64,000 bases of DNA from an uncultured Bacteroidales bacterium (GTDB taxonomy: Bacteria; Bacteroidota; Bacteroidia; Bacteroidales; JAUNSR01). The stretch lies in assembly GCA_947074145.1 (NCBI GenBank), contig CAMTOJ010000008.1, positions 32,557-96,556 on the forward strand, given 5' to 3'. The notes beneath the pieces are model-generated. The model worked only from the letters and a program-made list of their open reading frames with translations. It was not told where the DNA came from and made no database searches. Positions within the stretch are counted from its first letter, which is position 1. Each line of letters begins with the position of its first letter. The translations under genes were made by a program, and so were the position numbers. This document shows positions 22,555 to 31,993 of the stretch, piece after piece.

Positions 22555-23259
22555 ATGACAAACAACAATAAGTATTACCCCCATTTATCTGTTGACTGTG
22601 TGCTAATCGGTTGCGAAGATGACCAACTTAAAATTCTTTTAGTGGAAAGAACAGATGTTGTGTCAAATGAAAAATATAATGATAAAAAACTTCCCGGTCG
22701 ATTAATATATATGGAAGAGGATATTGATGAAGCTGCAATATCTGTACTTAAAGAGTATACTGGTATCGATAATTCATATCTCAAACAATTCAAATGCTTC
22801 GGTTCTCCAAAACGAACATCTGATCCAAGAGATGTCAGATGGCTTGAAAATGCCGTCAATCTTCAAATAGGACGCCTTGTGACTGTTGCATATATGTCAA
22901 TAGTTAAGATTGGAGCCAGAAGCAATAAGATTGATTCAAAATTTAAAGCGAGCTGGGTACCGCTTACAAAACTACCACAACTTGCTTTTGATCATAATCT
23001 CATCATTGAAGAAGCAATCGGAGAGATTAGAAAATTGATTGAAAATGATCCTATTGTACTTTCCGATCTTCTGCCAACCAAATTCACGGCTCTTCAGTTA
23101 AGGAGATTATTCGAACAGATATACAACAAAGAGATTGATGTTCGTAATTTTCACAAGAAGATTAAATCTATGAAATATATCGTTGAGCTTGATGAAAAGG
23201 AGGAAAATGTTTCACATAGGGCTGCTCGATATTATAAATTCGATAAAAAGAAAATCTGA
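22555..23259 (+). CDS. NrtR-family transcriptional regulator (degenerate Nudix domain plus C-terminal winged helix); likely xylose regulon regulator
   Basis: 234 aa. The Nudix-box region GRLIYMEEDIDEAAISVLKEYTGI lacks the RE and second EE residues. C-terminal ~80 aa is wHTH-like. Sits directly upstream of xylB-xylA, as described for Bacteroides AraR/XylR-type Nudix regulators. Confidence 0.72.
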   Translation: MTNNNKYYPHLSVDCVLIGCEDDQLKILLVERTDVVSNEKYNDKKLPGRLIYMEEDIDEAAISVLKEYTGIDNSYLKQFKCFGSPKRTSDPRDVRWLENAVNLQIGRLVTVAYMSIVKIGARSNKIDSKFKASWVPLTKLPQLAFDHNLIIEEAIGEIRKLIENDPIVLSDLLPTKFTALQLRRLFEQIYNKEIDVRNFHKKIKSMKYIVELDEKEENVSHRAARYYKFDKKKI

Positions 23260-23321
23260 TATTTAAGAATATATATAAACACACCAACGCATAAAATCAT
23301 GCGTTATAAAATCAAACTCAA

Positions 23322-24809
23322 ATGTATTTACTTGGATATGATATAGGAAGCTCTTCGGTTAAAGCCTCAATTATTGAAGCAGAAACAGGAAAATGTATCG
23401 CTTCCGATTTTTCTCCAAAAAAGGAGATGCCTATTAAGGCTCTTAAAAATGGATGGGCAGAACAAAATCCTGAAATGTGGTGGGAAAACCTTAAGATTGC
23501 CACAAAAAACATTCTTGATTTAACAAAAATAGATCCTACCGAAATTAAAGCAATAGGAATATCTTATCAAATGCACGGACTTGTGCTTATTGATAAAGAT
23601 TTAAAACCTGTTAGAGATTCTATTATTTGGTGTGACTCTAGAGCTGTAGAGATTGGGAATGATGCATTTGCCAAACTTGGCGAAGATCAATGTCTTTCTA
23701 CTCTTCTTAATTCTCCCGGGAATTTCACTCTTTCCAAACTTGCATGGGTTAAAAACAATGAACCGGAGTTATATGCTAAAACATATAAATTTCTTTTACC
23801 GGGCGATTACATAGCACTTAAATTAAGTGGTATCCCGACAACTACGGTTTCCGGAATCTCTGAAGGAACATACTGGGATTTCAAAAACAATAAGTTATCC
23901 GATGAACTTCTTGATTACTACGGAATAGATAAAAACAAAATCGCAGATATAAAGGATACATTCTCCGTTCAATGTAAAGTTGATAAATCAGCAGCTTTAG
24001 AACTCGGTTTGAATGAGGGCACACCTATCACCTATCGTGCCGGCGACCAGCCCAACAATGCTCTCTCTTTGAATGTACTTAAACCGGGTGAAATTGCATC
24101 TACTGCAGGTACTTCAGGCGTGGTATATGGTGTAATAGATAAAGTTGCTTATGATCCAAAATCAAGAGTTAATATTTTCGCTCATGTAAACCATAAAGAA
24201 GAGGATCCGCGACTTGGAGTTCTTTTATGTATCAATGGTACCGGGATCTTAAACTCCTGGATGAAAAATAATATTATGGATTCAGGCATCTCGTACGCTG
24301 AAATCAATGATATAGCAGCTACTGCTCCGGTCGGTTCGGGAGGTGTAACTATAATCCCTTTTGGCAACGGATCAGAAAGAGTTCTTGAAAATAAAAGTAC
24401 AGGTGCGATAATTGAAGGGATAAACTTCAATAATCACACAAGAGCCAATCTTTTAAGGGCGGCACAAGAAGGTATCGTATTTTCATTCATCTATGGAATA
24501 GAGATTATGAAAGAGATGGGACTTGATGTAAAAGTTCTCAAAGCCGGAAATGCAAATATGTTTCTCAGTCCTTTATTTCGTGAAACTCTTGCCTCAACTG
24601 GAAATGTAGCCATCGAACTATATGATACCGACGGAGCTGCCGGAGCTGCAAGAGGTGCCGGAATTGGAGCCGGAATATATAAAGACGCTGAAGAAGCATT
24701 TTCTAACCTTGAGAAAATTTCAACTATTTTGCCCGATACCGACAAAAAGGATCAATATCTCAAAGCATATAATAAATGGAAAGAGGTACTTGATAAGAAT
24801 AATCGATAA
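23322..24809 (+). CDS. xylB: xylulokinase (FGGY carbohydrate kinase)
   Basis: 495 aa with FGGY N- and C-domains (YLLGYDIGSSSVKA ... GAAGAARGAGIGAG), adjacent to xylA. Confidence 0.9.
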   Translation: MYLLGYDIGSSSVKASIIEAETGKCIASDFSPKKEMPIKALKNGWAEQNPEMWWENLKIATKNILDLTKIDPTEIKAIGISYQMHGLVLIDKDLKPVRDSIIWCDSRAVEIGNDAFAKLGEDQCLSTLLNSPGNFTLSKLAWVKNNEPELYAKTYKFLLPGDYIALKLSGIPTTTVSGISEGTYWDFKNNKLSDELLDYYGIDKNKIADIKDTFSVQCKVDKSAALELGLNEGTPITYRAGDQPNNALSLNVLKPGEIASTAGTSGVVYGVIDKVAYDPKSRVNIFAHVNHKEEDPRLGVLLCINGTGILNSWMKNNIMDSGISYAEINDIAATAPVGSGGVTIIPFGNGSERVLENKSTGAIIEGINFNNHTRANLLRAAQEGIVFSFIYGIEIMKEMGLDVKVLKAGNANMFLSPLFRETLASTGNVAIELYDTDGAAGAARGAGIGAGIYKDAEEAFSNLEKISTILPDTDKKDQYLKAYNKWKEVLDKNNR

Positions 24810-24854
24810 ACATTTATATAAACAAAATCACATAAACTAAATATTTAAAATATT

Positions 24855-26168
24855 ATGGCTAAAACTTATTTCCCGTCAATAGAAAAAATCAAATTCGAAG
24901 GTAAAGAATCTAAGAACCCTATGGCTTTCAGATATTATGAACCTGAAAAAGTTGTAATGGGTAAAAAAATGAAAGATTGGCTTCGCTTTTCTATGGCTTG
25001 GTGGCATACACTATGTGCTGAAGGTGGTGACCAATTTGGTGGTGGAACAATCAAAAGAGACTGGAACACTGCTTCTGATCCTATTGAGGCTGCAAAGGCT
25101 AAAATGGATGCCGGTTTCGAATTCATGCAAAAAGTAGGAATTGAATATTATTGCTTCCATGATATTGACCTTGTAAATGAAGCTGATACTTTAGAAAAAT
25201 ATGAAGAAAACTTCAAAACTATTGTGGCTTATGCTAAACAAAAACAACAGGAAACTGGCATAAAACTTCTTTGGGGAACAGCTAATGTTTTCAGTCACAA
25301 AAGATATATGAACGGAGCTGCTACAAATCCTGATTTCTCAACAATCGCTTATGCTGCTGCTCAAATCAAAAACGCTATCGATGCTACAATCGAGCTTGGC
25401 GGTGAAAATTATGTTTTCTGGGGTGGTAGAGAAGGTTATATGTCTCTTCTTAACACTGACATGAAAAAGGAGAAACAACATCTTGCTACTCTTCTTACTA
25501 TGGCAAGAGACTATGGCCGTTCTAAAGGTTTTAAAGGGAATTTCCTTATCGAACCAAAACCAATGGAACCTACAAAACACCAATATGACGTAGACACTGA
25601 AACCGTTATCGGTTTCCTTAAAGCAAACGGTCTTGAAAAAGATTTTATGGTTAATATCGAAGTTAATCATGCTACTCTTGCCGGCCACACTTTTGAACAT
25701 GAACTTCAATGTGCTGCAGACAATAATATGCTTGGCTCTATCGATGCTAATCGTGGTGATGCTCAAAACGGTTGGGATACAGATCAATTCCCTATCGATA
25801 TCTTCGAACTTACTCAGGCTATGATGGTGATTCTTCGCCATGGAGGTCTACAAGGCGGAGGTACTAACTTTGATGCTAAAATCAGAAGAAATTCTACTGA
25901 TATAGAGGATCTTTTCATCGCTCATATCGCGGGTATGGATTGTTTTGCAAGAGCTCTTATCACTGCTGCTGACATTCTTGAAAACTCTCCGATTGAACAA
26001 CTTCGCGCAGAAAGATACTCATCATTTGATGAAGGAAAAGGTAAACTTTTCGAAGAAGGAAAACTTTCTCTTGAAGATCTTCGTCAATATGCTATCGAAA
26101 CAGGCGAGCCAAAACAAATTAGCGGTAAACAAGAACTTTACGAAGCTATCCTTGCAATGTATGTTTAG
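24855..26168 (+). CDS. xylA: xylose isomerase
   Basis: 437 aa with [31 protein letters not shown] and [14 protein letters not shown] motifs. Confidence 0.97.
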   Translation: MAKTYFPSIEKIKFEGKESKNPMAFRYYEPEKVVMGKKMKDWLRFSMAWWHTLCAEGGDQFGGGTIKRDWNTASDPIEAAKAKMDAGFEFMQKVGIEYYCFHDIDLVNEADTLEKYEENFKTIVAYAKQKQQETGIKLLWGTANVFSHKRYMNGAATNPDFSTIAYAAAQIKNAIDATIELGGENYVFWGGREGYMSLLNTDMKKEKQHLATLLTMARDYGRSKGFKGNFLIEPKPMEPTKHQYDVDTETVIGFLKANGLEKDFMVNIEVNHATLAGHTFEHELQCAADNNMLGSIDANRGDAQNGWDTDQFPIDIFELTQAMMVILRHGGLQGGGTNFDAKIRRNSTDIEDLFIAHIAGMDCFARALITAADILENSPIEQLRAERYSSFDEGKGKLFEEGKLSLEDLRQYAIETGEPKQISGKQELYEAILAMYV

Positions 26169-26256
26169 TGGAACTAACTATATATATTGAATAAACCTAA
26201 ATGAAATTTTTTAATTACATCTGACTGAACTTAATTAAAAATTTTATTCAAAAATT

Positions 26257-26290
26257 AAAGCCGTGATTTTTTATCACGGCTTTTTTATTT
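26257..26290. terminator. intrinsic terminator after xylA (usable from both strands)
   Basis: aaagccgtgat (26257-26267) pairs with atcacggcttt (26273-26283) around a T5 loop, followed by a T-run. Confidence 0.8.
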
Positions 26291-26313
26291 TTTAGAATTA
26301 AATTCCATTTCGT

Positions 26314-26760
26314 TTATCTTCCAGAGTCTAAATTAATCAATCGTTCAAGAAACTGTGTATATTGTTCGGGAGAAAGAATCTGCTTAATATATGACATATC
26401 CTGTTGCACATAAGCAGATTTGTTTTGCTGTAATCGGTGTACCTGACGCGCATAATATGAAATTGAATCATTCACAGCCTGTTGATTTATCAATCCGGTT
26501 GAACGGGCATTATCCCATCTGTTACTTTGTTCTGTGGTAAGATTTAGAGATGATTTAGTATCATTATTCCAATCGTCATCACCCCAGCATCCCATCATTC
26601 CGGGATAATAACCACTATTATTATATCCGTTATTATAGTAGCCTCCCCACATCATTCCGGGACCCATATAATAACCGTTATCTTCTTCGTTCCATCCACG
26701 TGTTACGGTGAAACCTGATAATATGACTATAATCAAGCAAGCTAATATATTTTTTTTCAT
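26314..26760 (-). CDS. periplasmic Spy/CpxP/ZraP-like protein (LTXXQ motifs) with a G/Y/M/N-rich N-terminal region
   Basis: 148 aa with a signal peptide and the low-complexity stretch GYYMGPGMMWGGYYNNGYNNSGYYPGMMGCWG. Followed by helical LNLTTEQ and ILSPEQ (LTXXQ-type) motifs. Confidence 0.5.
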   Translation of the reverse strand: MKKNILACLIIVILSGFTVTRGWNEEDNGYYMGPGMMWGGYYNNGYNNSGYYPGMMGCWGDDDWNNDTKSSLNLTTEQSNRWDNARSTGLINQQAVNDSISYYARQVHRLQQNKSAYVQQDMSYIKQILSPEQYTQFLERLINLDSGR

Positions 26761-26899
26761 ATCAATATGATTTATACTACATACATTAAGACACTTTTAG
26801 TTTTAATATTTTAAACCATATTGGGTATTTATAGTTTTAAATCCTATTCTTTTTTAGTTTGTTTAATAATTAATGAGTGCGAAGATTTTCTCAATTTTA

Positions 26900-27148
26900 T
26901 TATTCCATCCCTTTTTCCAAAGCGATAGAGAGCTGATCCGGACAAGAAGTCAACCTTGCACCACACTTTATACCCTTTAATTTCGATATTGCCGTTTCTT
27001 TATCCATACCCTCCACTAAAGCACCAAGACCTTTAAGATTTCCGTTACAACCTCCAATAAAAGAGACCTTTCTGATAATATTACCTTCACATTCAATATC
27101 TATTTGTTTTGAACATGTACCCGAAGTTGTATAACTATATTTCTGCAT
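26900..27148 (-). CDS. TSCPD-domain small protein (TIGR03905-like, four conserved Cys)
   Basis: 82 aa: YTTSGTCSKQIDIE...FIGGCNGNLKGLGALVEGM...IKCGARLTSCPDQL. Confidence 0.7.
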   Translation of the reverse strand: MQKYSYTTSGTCSKQIDIECEGNIIRKVSFIGGCNGNLKGLGALVEGMDKETAISKLKGIKCGARLTSCPDQLSIALEKGME

Positions 27149-27276
27149 AATTATGATTTGTAAGTTTTTTCATTTTTAAAGGCATCAAAAATATAAAATC
27201 CGCACGATTATTGATTATGGAGTTATCAATTTATTTAAAAAGACGGCTACGCTATCTTCTCTAAATATATTTTATC

Positions 27277-27284
27277 TAAATTTG
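27277..27284 (+). promoter_or_regulatory. candidate -7 box (TAnnTTTG) for lgt
   Basis: taaatttg lies ~80 nt upstream of the ATG at 27365. Confidence 0.25.
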
Positions 27285-27364
27285 TGACAGAAGCGATATA
27301 TGGATTAACGACACCAATTCATATTAGTAAAGAATTTAAAAATCAATACAAGTAAAATATCATT

Positions 27365-28225
27365 ATGGATTTAATGAATTTCATCACATGGACGGCACAT
27401 CCCGTTCTTTTCTCTTTAGGACCCGTTCAAATAAGATGGTACAGTCTGATGTTTATAATAGGTTTTTGGGTAGGTTTTAAAATTGAAGAAAGAATGTACA
27501 AAAAAGAATCGATACCTATGAAATGGCTCGATTCACTTTTTATATATGTTTTTGTAGGCACTATAGTAGGTGCAAGATTAGGACATGTGTTCTTTTATAG
27601 TTGGGACTACTACTCTCAACACCTTGATGAAATACTAAAAGTATGGGAAGGTGGTCTCGCTAGTCATGGCGGTGCGATAGGAATTATAATAGCGATACTT
27701 ATTCTTTCAAAGAAAATCAAAATGAACCCCCTATTCCTTTTCGATCGTCTTGTTGTACCGGTTGCCCTTGTTGGAGCACTTATCAGAATGGGAAATCTTT
27801 TCAATCATGAGATTTACGGTCACGAAACAACCGTTTCATGGGGATTTCGATTTATTGAAAACATCGGTCAGTGGCAACGTGGAGCAGAACCAATATTTAC
27901 CGCGCCATCTCACCCAACTCAGATATATGAAGCAATAATTTATCTATGTGTTTTTGCTCTTCTTATGTATATGTATTGGATGAAAAACGCACAACTTCGT
28001 CCGGGTCTTATCTTCGGAACATTCTTCCTTGGAATTTTCGGAACCAGAATATTTATTGAATTCGTTAAAAACAATCAGGTTCACTTTGAGGAAACAATGT
28101 TTCTTAATATGGGACAGATCCTTAGTATCCCATTCCTTATCGGTGGAACATGGCTGATTATTCGTGCCCTTATCCGCAAACCGGAACTTCCGTTTGCCGA
28201 AACTCATAAAATAAAAGATTTATAA
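27365..28225 (+). CDS. lgt: prolipoprotein diacylglyceryl transferase
   Basis: 286 aa, polytopic, with VWEGGLASHGGAIG and the HPTQIYE motif. Confidence 0.92.
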   Translation: MDLMNFITWTAHPVLFSLGPVQIRWYSLMFIIGFWVGFKIEERMYKKESIPMKWLDSLFIYVFVGTIVGARLGHVFFYSWDYYSQHLDEILKVWEGGLASHGGAIGIIIAILILSKKIKMNPLFLFDRLVVPVALVGALIRMGNLFNHEIYGHETTVSWGFRFIENIGQWQRGAEPIFTAPSHPTQIYEAIIYLCVFALLMYMYWMKNAQLRPGLIFGTFFLGIFGTRIFIEFVKNNQVHFEETMFLNMGQILSIPFLIGGTWLIIRALIRKPELPFAETHKIKDL

Positions 28226-28258
28226 AAACGATACATTATCTTTTTAATATAAAAAAAT

Positions 28259-28305
28259 AATACGGAGCTGTCTAATTAAACGACAACTCCGTATTTATTT
28301 TTTAT
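28259..28305 (+). terminator. intrinsic terminator after lgt
   Basis: aatacggag (28259-28267) pairs with ctccgtatt (28287-28295), followed by a T-rich tail. Confidence 0.6.
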
Positions 28306-28314
28306 TATATAAAC

Positions 28315-28800
28315 CTATTTAAACCGCTCATCCGAAATAAGCTCTTCCACCGGAAGATCAGGATTCTTCTCAAGCCACCCTGCTTTTGCCTCAAACCTAT
28401 TGTCATAACGAGGATAAAACGGTTTAATATCTATCAATGGAGTACCGTCGAGCATATCTACCTGATCAATAAATACCTTATTTCCCTCTACACCAATCAA
28501 TCTCACCGTTGAGATACCAATTGCATTAGGTCGTTTTGGTGAACGCGTTGCAAATATACCATGCGACACAACATCCATAAAAGGTGTAACCTCCAACATA
28601 TACCCCGATATCTTATGAAATCTGTAAATCAATGTCAGGTGAGAAAAACCCTCTATATCCCTTAATCCGGCTATAAGATCCTCTCTTAACTCAATCCAAC
28701 CTTTTGCTCCCTGAGCTCCCATCGGCTGAATAGGCATACCTTTTACATCATCAAACGGAGTATGAATAACCCCGATAGCTTCAATCTCAATCTTTTCCAT
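28315..28800 (-). CDS. short TsaA/TrmO-family protein (SAM-binding TsaA-like domain only)
   Basis: 161 aa with IGVIHTPF, FSHLTLIYRFH and ATRSPKRPNAIGISTVRL motifs of the YaeB/TsaA (TrmO) fold. Lacks the C-terminal extension of E. coli-type TrmO. Confidence 0.8.
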   Translation of the reverse strand: MEKIEIEAIGVIHTPFDDVKGMPIQPMGAQGAKGWIELREDLIAGLRDIEGFSHLTLIYRFHKISGYMLEVTPFMDVVSHGIFATRSPKRPNAIGISTVRLIGVEGNKVFIDQVDMLDGTPLIDIKPFYPRYDNRFEAKAGWLEKNPDLPVEELISDERFK

Positions 28801-28859
28801 CTTTCTATATTTTTGTCTTTATCATTGTCAATATTTCACATATCCTAAGATATATAATT

Positions 28860-31184
28860 TTAGAAATTCTCTACACAACGAGTCCCGTGCTTTTTCTCCG
28901 AATTGCCAAATTCCATCGTAATCATAAACTTCACATTTCGTCCCATCCCATATATTAATGATTCAAAAGGACGATACCTCTCATTGGTAAGGTTATTGAC
29001 ACTTATCGAGAATTTATAATCATTGTTTTTATAATTCTTCTTTACACCCGCCATACATCCCAAAAGAGAATAAGAACCGGTGGGATAACTATTAGGCGCA
29101 TACTCTGTTCTTCCGTCAAACCATACAAAATTTACTCCTGTATAAACAGACGAACGGTAACCAATATTATATCTATATATCAATTCATGCCGACTATTAA
29201 GGGGCGGAATATTGTTTAAAGGCACATTATCGGATGAAAACCAATCCTTATCCTTTTTCAATTCATAACCTCTCGTATATACAAGAAAACCATTATAATT
29301 AATATTATCTTTTGAATTGAAAACACCCTTTCTATTATATCCTAAAGATATTTCAGCTCCATAAATCAGAGATCTGTCAATATTTTCATATCTGTAATTC
29401 ATACCTTTCTTGGCGGCACTTTTCCACACCTTACGACCAATAAAATCATAAAGAAAATTTGAAAAAGCACTTATATCAAAAGTAACATTACTTATTGACC
29501 CTCGTAATCCAAGATCAAAATTAAGTCCGTATTCAGGCTTCAAATCTATATTCCCAAACACCAGCCCATCTGTCGTTGCTGTCTCAACAAAAAGTTCAGT
29601 AGCATCAGGCATTCTGCAAGCCCTTGCCATATTTAAAGAGATAAAAATATCACTCAACGGATTATACACAAGACCGGTGCTTAAATTGAAGGCATATATA
29701 TTCTCATTCCGCCCCTTATCATCATTAAGATCATGAACATCTCCTTCATTGATATTGGCCATATCACCTCTCACACCTAATACCCATCTTAACCTATTAT
29801 TACAAATCTTCATCTCCGACTCAGCAAATACTCCCCCCATCATTAGCCCCGCATCTTCGGCGACTCTGTTCTTTATAGTAAAATTCTTGAAATAATCAGT
29901 CAACTCTGTCGGTGAATCAATCCTATAAAAAACACCATCACTTCCCACTGTTAATGAAGTATTTGAAAACAATGAAAAAAGAGTATGAAAACGCCATCCC
30001 GAATAATAGTTATCATATCTGACATCCTCCTTATATGATAATTTCCCCGATGCAATATCATAATCATTTCTGATATCCCTCATTCTGTCTTTATCAAAAT
30101 AGAGTGAGAAATCCATCTTTTCAACCACCATTGTAGGCTCCCATTCTCCCCTGACTGAGCAATGATAATTATCATCCTGAAGAGTTGTTTGAAGCACGTA
30201 ATCAGTTCCGTTATATCCTTTTGCCCTTCCCCAAGGCCCACCTATATGAACATTACTTTCAGCCGATAAAACAAAACTCCGGCTAAAACGAAAAGCACAA
30301 AACCCACTTATATCCTTATCAACATGATCACTATTAAAAGCTTTCTCTCCCGTTGCATAACGGAAGTCGGACGCATTCATATATCTGCCTCCAACACCAA
30401 AGGCAACATTATCCTTACTATAAGATATATTGGCAAGTGTAGTATATTCATTATTATTCTCACCATAAGTAGCAAGCACCTTGCCGGCAAGCCCATCACT
30501 CTCAAAAGGGGAACGACGCTCCATATTTATTATTCCAGCAATAGCTCCCGGTCCATATTTAACCGAGGCGGGACCCTTTATTATATCTATCTTTTTAAGA
30601 TCAAATATATTTACAGTCTGCCCGGTAAACCCCGCAGAAGTGCTACCCATTCGTCTGTTTCCGTCAAGAGTGATAAGGAGTCGTTTGCCTGATAATCCTC
30701 TCAATACTATAGGAGAATGATATTCCGCCTTCTTATAAAGTCCGGGCACTGTTTCAAGCACATCAATCAAAGCTGTACTTATATTCTCCTCTATTCTTGC
30801 AGCATAAACCGAAGTTTGAGAGTATTGTTTATTTATATTAATGGGAGTTCGCTGTACACTGATATCAACATTATCGATATTTTGCATCTGCGGCGACATT
30901 GCTATAAGCATAGATGTTGATGCAGATGAGAACTTCATATCATACAATTTATAACCAACGTATGATGCTTTTATCCTAATACTGTCTGATGTACTCACTA
31001 CGATATTAAATCTCCCCTGTTCATCACTCTGACATATCAACCTACCCCTATTATCACAAATATGCGCAAAGGGTAAAGGTTCACCTGTTACGTTATCGAA
31101 TATAAATCCCTCACAAGTATCCGAGAAAGCAACAAAACAATTCATCGCCAGAACAATAATATTTATAAGAGATCTCAATTTCAT
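28860..31184 (-). CDS. TonB-dependent receptor with N-terminal carboxypeptidase-regulatory-like domain
   Basis: 774 aa with a signal peptide, a CarbopepD-reg-like domain (GFIFDNVTGEPLPFAHI), a plug (IVLRGLSGKRLLITLDGNR), a beta-barrel, and a terminal aromatic (ENF). Confidence 0.88.
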   Translation of the reverse strand: MKLRSLINIIVLAMNCFVAFSDTCEGFIFDNVTGEPLPFAHICDNRGRLICQSDEQGRFNIVVSTSDSIRIKASYVGYKLYDMKFSSASTSMLIAMSPQMQNIDNVDISVQRTPININKQYSQTSVYAARIEENISTALIDVLETVPGLYKKAEYHSPIVLRGLSGKRLLITLDGNRRMGSTSAGFTGQTVNIFDLKKIDIIKGPASVKYGPGAIAGIINMERRSPFESDGLAGKVLATYGENNNEYTTLANISYSKDNVAFGVGGRYMNASDFRYATGEKAFNSDHVDKDISGFCAFRFSRSFVLSAESNVHIGGPWGRAKGYNGTDYVLQTTLQDDNYHCSVRGEWEPTMVVEKMDFSLYFDKDRMRDIRNDYDIASGKLSYKEDVRYDNYYSGWRFHTLFSLFSNTSLTVGSDGVFYRIDSPTELTDYFKNFTIKNRVAEDAGLMMGGVFAESEMKICNNRLRWVLGVRGDMANINEGDVHDLNDDKGRNENIYAFNLSTGLVYNPLSDIFISLNMARACRMPDATELFVETATTDGLVFGNIDLKPEYGLNFDLGLRGSISNVTFDISAFSNFLYDFIGRKVWKSAAKKGMNYRYENIDRSLIYGAEISLGYNRKGVFNSKDNINYNGFLVYTRGYELKKDKDWFSSDNVPLNNIPPLNSRHELIYRYNIGYRSSVYTGVNFVWFDGRTEYAPNSYPTGSYSLLGCMAGVKKNYKNNDYKFSISVNNLTNERYRPFESLIYGMGRNVKFMITMEFGNSEKKHGTRCVENF

Positions 31185-31195
31185 AACTGTTTATA

Positions 31196-31960
31196 TTATT
31201 CCGTTGCCACTAACTTCCACAGCACCGAACTTTTCTGAGTATCCGCTCCCGTTCCTTTGAAAAGAGTTACCATAAACAGCGAAAAAGCGCCCTCTCTTGT
31301 CTTTACCAAAAACACAGGTTGCATATTTATCTGCTCGGGATCATCAGTATTACATTCAAATTCACCACCTAAATTTGGTCTGAACTTATTTCCGATTATC
31401 AACTTTGCATACTCCACACGTACCAATGATTGTACCTGAAATCCCTCCTCATGTGAATATGTTCCGTCGCTATTCATTGTACATTTTTCACTATGTCGAT
31501 GCTTTGTACTTTCAAGATCAAGCACGGGATCAACCTTTAGACTATCTGTAAAGTTTGCTATCTCGGCAGCCGTGAAACTGTCAAACCGACCAACTCCATA
31601 CCCTACTATTGCCGCTTTGACCCCTGTATTCATAAATATTACAGGATTACCCGACCCGTTCCAATCACCCGTAAAACTCTGTGTATAAGAAAAATCATTA
31701 TAAAAAAGCAGATCAAAAGGGAAAGTTTTTATTGTTTCCTCTGTCAGATATTGCGAATCAAGTGAATCCGCCCCAAGATTAAGAAGATCCATGCCGAAAC
31801 CATTTCTATTCACGGTAGGATGACGCTCTATTTTATAACTTCTTACATCCCATATACTCTCGGGATATACAATCTCATTCTCAAAAACATCTTCACTACA
31901 TGAAGCCGACAATAAAATTGTCATTAAAAATAAAATCTGTTTTAAACAACTTCTTTTCAT
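31196..31960 (-). CDS. lipoprotein of unknown function, probable surface partner of the adjacent TBDR (weak HmuY-like C-terminal pattern)
   Basis: 254 aa with a lipoprotein signal LLSASC. 11-nt gap to the TBDR gene. The HmuY resemblance is only a loose pattern match from memory. Confidence 0.5.
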   Translation of the reverse strand: MKRSCLKQILFLMTILLSASCSEDVFENEIVYPESIWDVRSYKIERHPTVNRNGFGMDLLNLGADSLDSQYLTEETIKTFPFDLLFYNDFSYTQSFTGDWNGSGNPVIFMNTGVKAAIVGYGVGRFDSFTAAEIANFTDSLKVDPVLDLESTKHRHSEKCTMNSDGTYSHEEGFQVQSLVRVEYAKLIIGNKFRPNLGGEFECNTDDPEQINMQPVFLVKTREGAFSLFMVTLFKGTGADTQKSSVLWKLVATE

Positions 31961-31993
31961 ACCTCTGAATTTTTAATACCTGTAAATTTTTCA

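Noticed and set aside
25338-25841. 167-aa minus-strand ORF.
   Set aside because: Antisense to xylose isomerase, whose identity is essentially certain.
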